Origin: Octopus vulgaris
Lineage: Eukaryota
Length of the DNA: 64,000 nucleotides
Direction of reading: 5' to 3'
NCBI GenBank assembly: GCA_951406725.2
Contig: OX597815.1
Coordinates: forward strand, 185,132,001 to 185,196,000
Part shown: positions 26,332-37,651 of the stretch, one piece after another
How positions within the stretch are numbered: the stretch's first letter is position 1
Layout of the letters: each line of letters opens with the position of its first letter
Made by a program: the position numbers and the translations under genes
The notes under the pieces: generated by a model
The model's input: only the letters and a program-made list of their open reading frames with translations
What the model was told of the DNA's origin: nothing
Database searches by the model: none

Positions 26332-26535
26332 AAGGGCAGTGAGCTGGCAGAATCGTTACCGAGACGGGAAAAACGTTTAGTGACTTCATGTTCTGAGTTC
26401 GAATTCCGCCGAAGTCGACTTTGCCTTTCATCCTTACGGGGTCGATGAAATAAGTACCGGCTCAAAGTACTAGGGTCAATGTAATCAACTTGCCCCCTCC
26501 CCCGAGATTACTGGCCTCGTGCCAAAATTTGAAAG
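26332..26535 (+). mobile_element. SINE-A (tail type 2)
   Basis: Head GGCAGTGAGCTGGCAGAATCGTT, central domain, tail GGCCTCGTGCCAAAATTTGAAA. Confidence 0.85.
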
Positions 26536-26607
26536 TAATAATAGGGAAGATAAAGAAAACAGTTTGACCCAGTAACTAAACAGGTAGATAACGTGCTCAT
26601 ATATATA

Positions 26608-27175
26608 CGAGGGTGAGTCAAAAATTAATGCCATTTTATTTAGGACAGGTATAATTACCAACACAGGAACATTTATCATACATCAAAATGAAGCTGGTCC
26701 TCTGTGAATCACATCCCTACTTCTCAACATATTCACCGTTTCTCTCAATAGCAATATTCCACCTTCCAATGAGAGCATGTATCCCTGCCCCGTAAAATTC
26801 AGTTGACTGTTCTTTGAGCTACTTCTTCACTACAGTTTTCACTTCCTCGTCACTGGAATAATGATTGCCTCTAAAACCTTCTTTCATGAGGCCGAAAAGA
26901 TGGTAGTCTGAAGGCGCTAAATTATTCCAGTGATGAGGAAGTGAAAACTGTAGTGAAGAAGTGGCTCAAGGTACAGTCAACAGAATTTTACGGGGCAGGA
27001 ATACATACCCTCATTCGAAGGTAGAACATTGCTATTGGGAGAAGCCGTGACTATGTTGAGAAGTAGGGATGTGCTCCGCAGAGGACCAGCTTCATTTTGA
27101 TGTATGATACATGTTCCTGTGTTGGTAATTATACCTGTCCTAAACAAAGTGGCATTACTTTTTGTCTCACCCTCG
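26608..27175. mobile_element. Palindromic mariner derivative made of two inverted 3' ends
   Basis: Arms 26608-26860 and 26922-27175 both encode YSSDEEVKTVVKK..QSTEFYGAGIH; the spacer encodes LAPSDYHLFGLMKE on the minus strand; TIR CGAGGGTGAG with TA on both sides. Confidence 0.92.
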
Positions 27176-28029
27176 TACTTGAAAGAAAATAAGTTAAAAA
27201 ATTATCCGCTTCACTAAACTGTTAACTCCTTGTTATTTCACGTGACTTGGGATATTGCTGACCATAGAAACTGTAATTCCAAAGGTTACAGTATGTATGG
27301 ACCAACCCTTTTTCATCATAAACCAGGTCAGATCACTTAAATTTTACTTTATATTCATCGCATGTAGAACTGGGTAACTTTAGTAAATAAGGATGTGAGC
27401 AAGAAAAAGTGTATAAAAAATAGCGAAAGAAATGAAATTGTTTAAATTCATGGAGTGACCTGCAAATAAGGTTACGAAATTTTGAGAACACAGTTTTTAT
27501 ATCTTTATAATTCCATTATACGTGCCATACAGATAGCTATAAAGTGTCACGTGCACCCCAAGCACCACTTATTACATAAGCCTGTTGTAGAATACATAAG
27601 CCTTTTGTTTAGAATGCACAGAATAGCCTCTTTAACACCTGTGTTTATAGAAGCAAATATTTCATCCTCTAAAAATCTATTTGTTTTTATGGAACTTTAG
27701 TAATGAATACATATTTCCAATATGTTCTTCCACGAAAGCGACGAGCTAGCAGAACCGTTAGAACTCTGGGTAAAGGGCTTAAACGACGTTTCGTACGTCT
27801 TTACTTTCAGAGTTTATTTCAAACTGTTTAGTTAAAAAAAAATTGATTAAAAAGTCTGTGATTGAGTTGGAATAGATCCTTATATCCAATTAAAACGAGA
27901 AAAGAAAATGGGGATAAGGAAGTTAATAATAATTGTTTATTAACATCCTTATCTCCATTTTTTCTTCTTATAAGTAAATATGTGAGCTAGCATGATCTCC
28001 CCCATCCTCCCTTCCCAAACCAAATTATA

Positions 28030-28200
28030 TATTAATAAAAAAAACACTTCTATCAGCAAACATTTTTATCAAAAGACATGTATCTTACACTTCATTAGCA
28101 CCACCACCCCAGACAAACACCTAAAACATAGAAAATTACTAAAAGAAAGAATTTGGATCAAATATTTAAATAGCTTCATAAAACATTCCTTTAGAACAAC
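28030..28200 (+). pseudogene. Penelope-like GIY-YIG endonuclease C-terminal remnant
   Basis: KNTSISKHF...RKLLKERIWIKYLNSF resembles the H..F / R..E..WI..L.T pattern of PLE endonucleases; a ~70-bp palindrome lies just upstream (27898-27968). Confidence 0.55.
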
Positions 28201-28243
28201 ACCCACCTCACAACTCCACCACCAATATATATATATACATATA

Positions 28244-28285
28244 TACTTGCATTATGACCCGGCGTTGCCGGGTCATAGTGCTAGT
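28244..28285. mobile_element. Helitron/Helentron-type terminal hairpin with CTAG
   Basis: ACTTGCATTATGACCCGGC gtt GCCGGGTCATAGTGCTAGT: GC-rich hairpin ending in CTAGT. No other part of such an element is visible. Confidence 0.45.
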
Positions 28286-28520
28286 TTGGTATAAATTTGT
28301 TAAATTAAAAATTTGGGGTAATAAAACATACAATGACATATTAAAAAGACGAATTAAAATTCCAGAGAAAAATACATAGAAGATAAATATACAAATTTAC
28401 AAAAATACATAAAAGTTCATAAAAGTTTCGGAGATGCACCAATTAATATGAAACATATCATATATTTAAAATTGACACCCCCCCCCCCGCATCAGGATGT
28501 TTTTTACACAGAACACATCG

Positions 28521-29850
28521 TTTCTTTATTACCCATAAAGAGCTACACAGAGAGGACAATACAAACATTGGGGACATAAAACATCACAATTACATAAATA
28601 TGGAAAATGAAATATGAAATTGATAAATGAAAAATGAAAGTGATGCTAGCGGCCCCATCCGCTAGCATCACTTACCTGTCCTTCATACTTTATCCTGAAT
28701 GTAATACACATTGTGCTCTATTTTCATCTCAAATCTCTTTTCCATTTCCGTTATTATCTCGTTATCTATTTCAAATATAAACAATTTATATTTTTTCTTT
28801 TTACATTTTTCCACGAATTCTTCTATACGTTCTTCCAGATTACAGCGTACCTATCACTGTCCTTGTCACACCAGTGATAGTCATTCAATATTTCTTTTAC
28901 GTCTTTTTTCGCCCATGTTTTTTTACGGTATCTTGTCTGTTTGCCTGTTTTTTTTGTTTTGTTGTTGGTGGCGAGTGGGTGGGTTCACTGTCTACAGGGG
29001 AAGTGTGGGTCTCAGAGGGTGCAGGTGGTGTTGGAATGGATTGGGGTTCAGCACTATTTTTTCCCCTTCTTCTCTTTCTCCTTCTTCTGCCTTCTTCCTA
29101 TTCTTTTTGTACCTCATCCTCTTCCGTTGTGTCTTTCTCCGTTGATTTCTGCTCTTTCTCGTTGGCCACTATCTCTCTTTGAGGTTCCACAAGCTGGAGA
29201 GCAGGCCAAATGGAGAGCAAGCCAAAAAGAGACCAAGCCAAAAGGAGAGCAGGCCAGCTGGTGAGCAGACCATCTGGAGAGCAGGCCAAGTGGACAACCT
29301 GAGAGCAAGGGAAGTTAGCTCTTATGTGACCTTTCAGGCCACACTTGTAGCGTGGGGCTCTGCCCTCCACCCACACTCTCACAATAACGCATCCCATTCT
29401 GATATTCTCAGGCAATTGTTCCAATATTTCAGCCTCTGTTTGCACGTTTATTTCCAAAACTGCACCCTTCAAGCCTTCATATTTCACTGTAGCATGGAGG
29501 ATGTCAACTTCTTCCTCACATCCACTGATTACGGCTGCCACTATCCACTCTCCGTCAACGTTCTCGCTGCCATTTTCCTCGCCACACTTTCATTCTTGAA
29601 TTGGACCACCACGGCACCGAATTTTATGCCTCTTGCATATTATGTCTTCTTCCGTTCTTTTTAATGCTTCTACTATTGTCTCCATACTGACGACTTCTAT
29701 TTTCTTTTTTTCATTGGCATAAACCCGGTACGTGATGGTCCTTCGTTCATGCCACTCTTTTCGTTTAGGTGGCGGTGACAACTCCACTTCACTGCCGACC
29801 TTTTTAATAAATGCCTGGTCGAGAGAAGCATCAAATAAGTCAGTCTTAGT
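28521..29850 (-). mobile_element. ORF1-only (HAL1-like) L1/Tx1-type non-autonomous retroelement
   Basis: Decayed ORF1 (RRTITYRVY..ARGIKFGAVVVQFKN..VDGEWIVAAVI..LEQLPENI..VEGRAPRYKCGLKGHIRAN zinc knuckle) and an acidic/basic linker, then 3'UTR with a hairpin and tail TTGTCCTCTCTGTGTAGCTCTTTATGGGTAATAAAGAAA. No ORF2. Confidence 0.75.
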
Positions 29851-30837
29851 TTAATCAGTAACTGTATTAATATTGTTAAAAATTGCAATTAGATTAAAAG
29901 AGAATATGCAAAAAGCATGACCTTTGCAATGGTGTGATATCACGAAGCCATTAGATATACATCGATATTCTGGTTTGTAGACGTGTATGTTGGAAGTTTT
30001 GATATATACGAACTTATTAAATCACAAATCCATGCACTGTAATGTATTATCCCATCGAGATATTAAATTGCTCATTAGATTCAGGCATTTTAACTAAGCC
30101 AACTCTTGTCTCCTGGGCATGGCCTTGTGTGTACATAATCAATAGCCGCCATATTACGTGCGAAAGCAAAAGCTCTGCTCCGTGAAGATATAAAAATTGA
30201 GCGATCAATAAAATCGAATTGGTAAGGCGGGGAACTTATTACACGATCCTGAAACTTGCAAATGCTGAGATATTGTCGTTCCGTTCTTGTAGGATGGTAT
30301 TAAAAGCCTGTGTGTTTTAATTCTCCGCTCCTGTCTCTTCATCATACTTCTTAAAATCTTTTGACTTATATGAAACATTACGTGTATGACCTTAGGCCAG
30401 AATACGTTCAACCAATCCCTATCACTGCCACCAAGTAAATCATTAAGGCAATCCGTATAGAAACTACAATAGCAATTATAGCAATTGTTATACCAGTCAG
30501 TCGACAAATTTTTACGGTGAACCGTTCTGGTCATCACCATTTGTCATATCATTATTATACAGAGTACACAAGGAATGACTCGAGTAAATTAATTTACAGA
30601 TTTATATCTAAACCACGAGAATTGGATCCAAAATAAAATGAATTTACTCTCATATGTTCTCAGACTTTCGCATTTTGTACGAGAACTTTTCATCGGACAG
30701 AGGAGTTGTCTTGAATAATCCATTTGTTACATCGACAGGCAAAGCCATTGAAATGTATGACTATAGATCCATTTATGATTTTTTTATAGGAAACTAGGTA
30801 GTAATACTAATTACGTTTATCTGTGTATGTGTGCATG

Positions 30838-30892
<55 letters not shown>

Positions 30893-30982
30893 GAGAGACC
30901 CAAAGATGTCAGGTAATGCTGAATAATGTGAATATTTGTATCACATCAAAACTAACTATGACTTAATTTTTTCTCCCATACC

Positions 30983-31034
30983 GTCTCCGATGAAGGGATA
31001 TTATTAATTAATATCCTAGAAACAGCTGTAAGAC
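30983..31034 (+). ncRNA. Minimal hammerhead ribozyme-like motif in a ~200-bp element (30889-31095) flanked by (TA)n
   Basis: GTCT-CCGATGA-A-GGGATATTA ttaat TAATATCCT-A-GAAA-CAGCTG-TA-AGAC: stems I and II pair, stem III is palindromic, core CCGAUGA. Confidence 0.68.
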
Positions 31035-31090
31035 CTTCTATCTATAAATGCTCTAATATCTATACAGCCTTGGTTTTTTTATCTCATTAC

Positions 31091-31144
<54 letters not shown>

Positions 31145-31149
31145 TACAT

Positions 31150-33008
31150 CTCTTTCTATGGTCGTCCCTTGCTGTGGAGGAAGAGCCTATGTGTCCCAAT
31201 GTTCCGAGAGCGATGCTGTCTGGATTCTTAGACTCCTGGTAGGGCCACCCATCGCGGCAAGGTTGAAGATGAGGTCCCAGATTAAACACGACCAAACACC
31301 AACATCAAGACCCCAAAGGCGAAACAAGCAGAGGGGGGCAATCTCAAGCGCCCAAGGATTGATGCCGATGGAAGAGGGAAATGCCTGGCAGACATGCGTG
31401 ACAAAGGCGGATAGATTCCGGCAGCTCGCTGCATCCAGCCTCAACTAGACTGCACGTCTCACTTCTTGAGCCGCAGTGGAGAAGCTCCTGGACAGGTGCG
31501 TGCGCGTGGCCGTTACACAGACACGATCATCTCAAGCAATTCACTCAGCGACTGGCTTTGTCTTTCTACTCTTTGAGTCTCAATAAAATGCTCAATGGCG
31601 ATGGTATCGTGGGCACCGGAGACAAATCGAGAAAGCTGAAAGCTTCTAGTCCGTGACCACACATTGGCGGCGAATCTGATTGTAGGACGGAGGACCTTTT
31701 CAAAGGCTTTCTTTAGATCCCAGAATATGAATATTGCAGGCTGTTATTGTTCTTAACACTTGTCCTTGAGTTGGCGGCACAAACGACCAAGTCGATTGTG
31801 CTGCGAGACGAACGAAAGCCACAGTGGGACTCAAGGAGGACGTCTTCCGCGAGGAAGGGGCGGCGTTTGAGTAGGATAAGGGCGAAGATCTTACTTGCAA
31901 TACTCAGGAGTGAAATGCTCTGATAGTTGTTACAATCATCTCTATTTTCGTCTCGTAGATGGTGGAAGTCATTCGGGAGTGTCTTGCTTTCTCGGATCTT
32001 GAGGATAAGGAGCATCAGCTCATTTCTCAGCTCAGGAACTCCGTGCATGAGAACTCAAACAGAATGTTGTCTGGCCCTGGAGCTTTGCCCGGTTTCATGT
32101 GCTCAAACGCTGTCACGTCGATGTTGAAGCGGGCAAGTTCCTTGCAGACGAGGACTGTACGTCATTCTGGGTGATTAATGTCACTCTTGTCATGGAGATG
32201 TTCCAGGCCCCGAAAGTGGGAGGTTATGAAACAAAGGATTTAGTTGTCGATGATGGATGAGTAGAAGTAGAGTTCCGAGTGCTGGGTGGGAGGTCCGCCA
32301 GCCGCGGTATGCTGGCCAGATCGAGTTGCCGAGTCTTATGTTTACCCCGCTTTTTCTAGGGATTTCCCATTAAGGGGTGGGCTGCGGTAATCCTAAAGAA
32401 GCCAGCCCAGTCATGCTTCCAGCTGCCGAACTCCAATGCCATGACTATTCATTGGAGAGCGACCATCTGAGATTCGCCACGAATGTGTGGTCACGGACTA
32501 GAGGCTTCGAGCTTTCCAGATGTCTCCGACGCCCGCGATATCATCAGCATCGAAGCTACCATTCTCTGCCATCATCTCCGCTGGGCAGGTCACGTCCAAC
32601 GTATAGATCCCTCTCGTTTCCCGAGGATCATGCTCCACGGACAACTTGCAATCGGAATAAGACCCAGAGGAGGTCCGAAATTCCGTTTTAAAGACCAGCT
32701 CAAACGGACCCTGGCTCAAACTAACATCCGGCCATCCTCATGGGAAGAGATTGCCATGGATAGGATAGTCTGCAGAAGTGCAATCCGCAATGAAGCCAGC
32801 TCCTTCGAGCAGAACAGACAACAGAATGAGGGGGCAAAATGCAGAAGAAAGGAGCTTTTTCATGTTTCTCGACCGTCCTGTGCGAATTCTGCCCACGACT
32901 CTTCCACCACCGACTTAGACTGCAAAGTTACATTCGGCACAAACGTCAGCCGCGGAGACTGGATAGAAACTGACAAACCCAATGCTCGGATACGAGCTGG
33001 AGTCGACG
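31150..33008 (+). mobile_element. Rearranged RTE-BovB-type LINE (5'UTR on +, inverted EN/RT segment on -, 3' end on +)
   Basis: Minus strand: FGAWNI..RTVLVCKELARFNIDV (APE start) and CNNYQSISLLSIASKIF..ESHCGFRSSRSTID..FWDLKKAF (RT). Plus strand: LRWAGHVQR..RPRGGPKFRFKDQLK..WEEIAMDR and a terminal CEFC zinc-finger remnant. Confidence 0.9.
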
Positions 33009-33699
33009 ATATATACATATAAATATAAATACACACACATATATAAGAGTTCATGAATTCGAGTGGATCAGGTACCTTGTGCAAGTACAAAGCATTGATC
33101 TTATAAATGTAGGTATGTACGGGTGTATGTTTGTGTTCGAACGAACAATTTCTACTTTCCTTCGTGTAAACGCATTTTATACTTCCTTTCTCAGGCATTC
33201 ACGTATACACACGTTCACGCACGCGTATTCGCGCATACACACATGTGGTAACTCAGGCAAACACACCTTTTTTTTGTTTTTGTTTTCATGCGTATTTGAG
33301 CGAATGTAGGAGTGGTTCATGTATGAGTGCTTTTTGTATGTAAATGGTAAATGAAAAGCGCGAATATAATTGGAAAAGGAATAGCCTAGAACGGTAACAT
33401 GCTTCTTTGGTATAAAGTAAGATGGCAATATTGAGATTCTAAAGAGATGGTTGAAGCAAATTAATGGATTGAATTTATGAAATCAATGTTATACTGTAAA
33501 TGGAGCCATTTCCAATAAAGTAAACTAAAATAAGCATTAATGGAAATAAAGGAAATGCCATTCTGAAATAATTAGAAATATAACGCATCCGAGGTTAATA
33601 TAAAGGCATTGTTGGGAAAGGGACATATTACTGTTGACGTCAGCTGTCCATTTGATACTGATTGAATAAACGCTAAATATAAAAGAAAAAAACATAAAT

Positions 33700-33714
33700 A
33701 GCAACAACGGCAGC

Positions 33715-33761
<47 letters not shown>

Positions 33762-33899
33762 CAGCAGCAGCAGCAGCAGCAGCAGAAATAGTAGTAGTAG
33801 TAGAAGCAGCTGCAGTAGTAGTAGTAGTAGTAGTAGTAGTTGTTGTAATAATAGAAGTAGTAGTGGCAGCAGCAGTATTAGTTGCAGTAGTAGTAGTGA

Positions 33900-33956
<57 letters not shown>

Positions 33957-34086
33957 CAGCAGCAGCAGCAGCAGCAGCAGCAGTTGTTGTAGCAGTACTA
34001 GCAGCAGCAGCAGTAGTAGTAGTAGTAGTAGTCCTTTCTACTATAGGCACAAGGCTGATGCTACTACTACTACTACTACTACTACT
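33700..34086. repeat. Compound (GTA)n/(GCA)n and (CTA)n trinucleotide repeat
   Basis: Direct reading; source of the poly-T/A/V ORFs. Confidence 0.96.
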
Positions 34087-34460
34087 TTTGGCGGGCGTGA
34101 GGTCGAGTTGATTACATTGACACCTGACACCTAATTCCATCGACCCGAAAATGTGAAATGCAAATCCGACCTCGGATCGATTTTTATAGTTAGAACGTTA
34201 AACCGGAAGAAACACTGCCAAGCACTTCATCCGGCCTGCAAACCATTCTGCCAGCTCACCCACCGCCTTCATAATAAAAATCATAATTTCATATTTCGGC
34301 AGAAGGCCAGAAATTTCGGTAAACGGGCCAAGTCGATTACATCGACCCAGTGATTAACTGGTACTTATTTTATCGACTCGAAATGATGAAAGTTGACTCT
34401 ATCGGCTCTTGAATTCAGAATGTAAAGACGAAAGATATAGTGTTAACCTTTCTCTCTTTC

Positions 34461-34521
<61 letters not shown>

Positions 34522-34705
34522 CTCTGGCGCTCTAACAATTCTGCGAGCTTGGTCCTTTCTTACTAAGGATAATATAATTCCTTTCTATTAAAAGACAATG
34601 CCTGATATTTTCGCAGAGTGTTCTAGTAGACTAATTCACCCCCAGTCCCCAACTGGTGTTTATTTTACCGACCCCAAATGATGAAGGCAAATTCGGACTG
34701 AACTC
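34033..34705 (-). mobile_element. Cluster of three degenerate SINE-A (tail type 2) copies
   Basis: Tails at ~34033, ~34290 and ~34580, each followed by central-domain remnants. Confidence 0.7.
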
Positions 34706-35046
34706 ATCTGTCAACAAACTTGCTTAGCGTGGGGGAAGTAATTCTCTGCCTGCCCCTAGTTTCTTTCTGAAAAGTTATCGAAGTTTTTAGCAAAGACATA
34801 AGTATTGCACTTCGGCCCTATCAGTCTGGTCAAGTACACAACTTGTTTCGCCAAGAGCATCTGGTTCGATAAACGTTGCTTGTCCACCTCAGCCAATGGA
34901 AAGCGACGATACGATCTTTATAATAGACTCAGCTGATACCCAAATCCATCCAACACATGGCAGCTACTACAGTTCTATATTTAAGAGATGAGGAATTATA
35001 TACATTATTTACATTTGACGGATATTTATCCTCATCTTGTTTGTTA

Positions 35047-35090
35047 ACACAACTTTTCGGCTGATATACCCTCCAGGCTTCATCAGGTGT
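35047..35090 (-). ncRNA. Minimal hammerhead ribozyme motif
   Basis: ACAC-CTGATGA-A-GCCTG gagggtatat CAGCC-GAAA-AG-TT-GTGT: intact CUGAUGA/GAAA core and stem I; one stem II mismatch; stem III one change away from AACGTT. Confidence 0.72.
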
Positions 35091-35157
35091 CTTGGAGAAA
35101 TTTCGAACCTGGGTTTTTATTCCTAAGGTATTTTTCCATGTGATTATTATTATTATT

Positions 35158-35710
35158 GAGTGAGAGAGCAGTGCATGCCATCAAAGTGACACTGGGATAA
35201 AATATACGGAGCCCAGTATACCCATCATGACTACCCGTCTGATAAGGGTACACCAGGTACATGCATCACAACCATATGTACGCGACATATTGATGTATCA
35301 AGATAAACAGCGCATGACCTTGCAGGGGGGGGGGACAGTTAGAATTTTCTTCAGGTCGAGTAGCCCATCACGCTCAAAAGGTCCATGAATAAGGATTGTT
35401 TAAGGATGTTGAACGAACCACCCATGTTTTCAACGGTGAATTATCCAAACCTCCAAGAATTCCTTTCAACACACGGCTATGATGATACTCCACTACTTCT
35501 GCTCGTGATCAGAGATGCACATATCGTCAGCCACTAAGGGACATGCTCAACTGGTTAAGGTCAAACAACTGACAAGTAAATCTGTGGTATTGAGCAGAAT
35601 ATTTGCTGTAGCCCATCTTTTATACCAAGACAAAACAATGTACATGATAACACTTCCAATCAGTTAAGATCAGAAGCCACGAGAGCCACTGCCTGGTACT
35701 GCATCAGGGC

Positions 35711-35712
<2 letters not shown>
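35158..35712. mobile_element. Non-coding ~555-bp insertion inside (ATT)n
   Basis: Sharp boundaries with (ATT)n on both sides, higher GC than the flanks; single copy in the window. Confidence 0.6.
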
Positions 35713-35757
<45 letters not shown>

Positions 35758-37268
35758 GGTCACTGCTTGGAATCGAACTCAGAATCTTGGGGTTAGTAGC
35801 CCGCGCTCTTAACCCCAACGACATATGCCCGTGGGCATATGGCATAGTGGTTATAACAATAATAATCAGCAGGCAATTCAAGAGTGATGATCTTTCTCTT
35901 GGCGGTGGCTCAAATACTTGGCTGCAACAATTTCAACAGCCACAAATCCACAAACAACAATGAAAAACAATGACAAAATCAAAAACCAATTAAGATTTTC
36001 GTATTCGCTCGTCAACGTTACCTTTGTTTTTAATTGACAGTTTGTTGGATTGGCGAACGTTTAAAATATCCTTCATCTCCGCATATGAGATATCGGGAAT
36101 TTTTTTTCTTCTGTCGCCAATCTCATATATCTGAGCCTTTCGAAGAAGAAGAAGAAGAAGAAGAAGAAGAAGAAGAAACGTGCAACATAGTGACGTTTAG
36201 AAGAATTTTGTAATGTAACGTGGTACAATGAATATTAGATGAAGAACACAGCCATTGTTATCAAGTCAAGTATTCTAATATGTAAACTGTTCTCCTGTCT
36301 CGTGTCTAGACATTTAAATCTCCTGAAGCATCGAAAACAATTCTACAACTTCACAAGTATTTATCTTTCTTTGAAAATGTAAACAGGTATTTTGTTTCTA
36401 TTAAATTCATCCAGTTACAAATTACATTTTCAAATTGGAAATCGGATTCAACTAAGCTAGTTTATAGAATCAAATATATGAAAACCATTTTTTTCTATGC
36501 TGGAATATCTTGAGATATATTAAATTTTATTATCTTTATTTCCGTGATAAATCACCCGAGTTATCCTAAATTTCTTTTACAGATAATTACAAATATATAA
36601 ATTGATTTGTGCAACTTCTAATAAAATCACTAAGATAGCATCGTTCAATTGCTGCTATCGTTCCCTATATTTGATATAGCTCGCAGGAAATTGGCAAACT
36701 ACTGAAGTCATCCTAAGATGTAAGCACTTGTTTCAATATCTGATCATCCTAGCGAGAAAAAAAAATGAAAGATCCAATGGCTTAAGAAGGCCACATTGCC
36801 GGATTGAATTAGCTGAAGGATGTGTTAAAGGGGAGTGTTAAGCAGAAGCTATTATAGCTACAGCTTGGTGCAGCAATTTCGACAATGATAACGTTTTTGA
36901 TGATGATTATGGGAGAAACGTTCGAAATAAGAGCAGTTCAAGATAGCAGAGAGTGTACCAATACTTCAATGGGTTAAGTGCAAAATGAGACACAGCGGAG
37001 ATGGTGAGATGAAGACTACCTAGTCCACTGAGTTCTGCTGACATTCGCTGCAATAAAGTGATCTAATTCAAAAGTTGTAATCCAAGAGATTAAAGACGAG
37101 TGGAAATCACCATTGAGGTAACTTCGCGAGAGTAAATCATTTATTTATATATAGATTGTGAATTTGTGCATCTAAGAGAATTTTCATCGTTTATCACAAT
37201 TGAATTGGTGCTTCTCTACACTCCTTTTTACTTAAAACTGATTCAGGTGCTTAGTATGGTACATGTGT

Positions 37269-37651
37269 GGAGATGCAATGGCCCAGTGGTTAGGACAGCG
37301 GACTCGCGGTCATAGGATCATGGTTTCGATTTGCAGACCGGGCGTTGTGAGTGTTTATTGAGCGAAAACACCTAAAGCTCCACGAAGCCCCGGCAGGGGG
37401 TGGTCCCGAACCCTGCTGTACTCTTTCACCACAATTTTCTCTCATTCTTTCTTCCTGTTTCTGTTGTACCTGTATTTTCAAAGTGGGCCAGCCTTGTCAC
37501 TCTCTGTGTCACGCTGAATATCCCCGAGAACTACGTTAAGGATACACCTTTCTGTGGAGTGCTCAGCCACTTGTACGTTAATTTCATGAGCAAGCTGTTC
37601 CATTGATCGGATCAACTGGAACCTTCGTCGTCGTAACCGACGGTGTTCCAC
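37269..37651 (+). mobile_element. SINE-C
   Basis: Colinear with 24289-24670. Confidence 0.93.

Larger units (their letters stand above)
34968..35853 (-). mobile_element. SINE-D: tRNA-headed element with internal (AAT)n and a 3' hammerhead motif, split by a 555-bp insertion
   Basis: Head at 35757-35832 (B box GAGTTCGATTCC, anticodon-like arm GGG-CTACTAA-CCC), then (AAT)n, then 3' part 34968-35140. Confidence 0.7.

Noticed and set aside
30205-30540. 111-aa minus-strand ORF, and similar mid-GC ORFs at 4597-5010 and 10820-11032
   Set aside because: No recognisable domain motifs; probably old TE debris that cannot be classified by eye.
33673-34140. Poly-Thr/Ala mucin-like ORF
   Set aside because: Trinucleotide microsatellite overlapping a SINE; no splice or coding context.
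35757-35832. Genuine tRNA genes (also the heads at 24289, 37269, 54989)
   Set aside because: Acceptor stems do not close and the sequences continue into repeat bodies; they are SINE heads.
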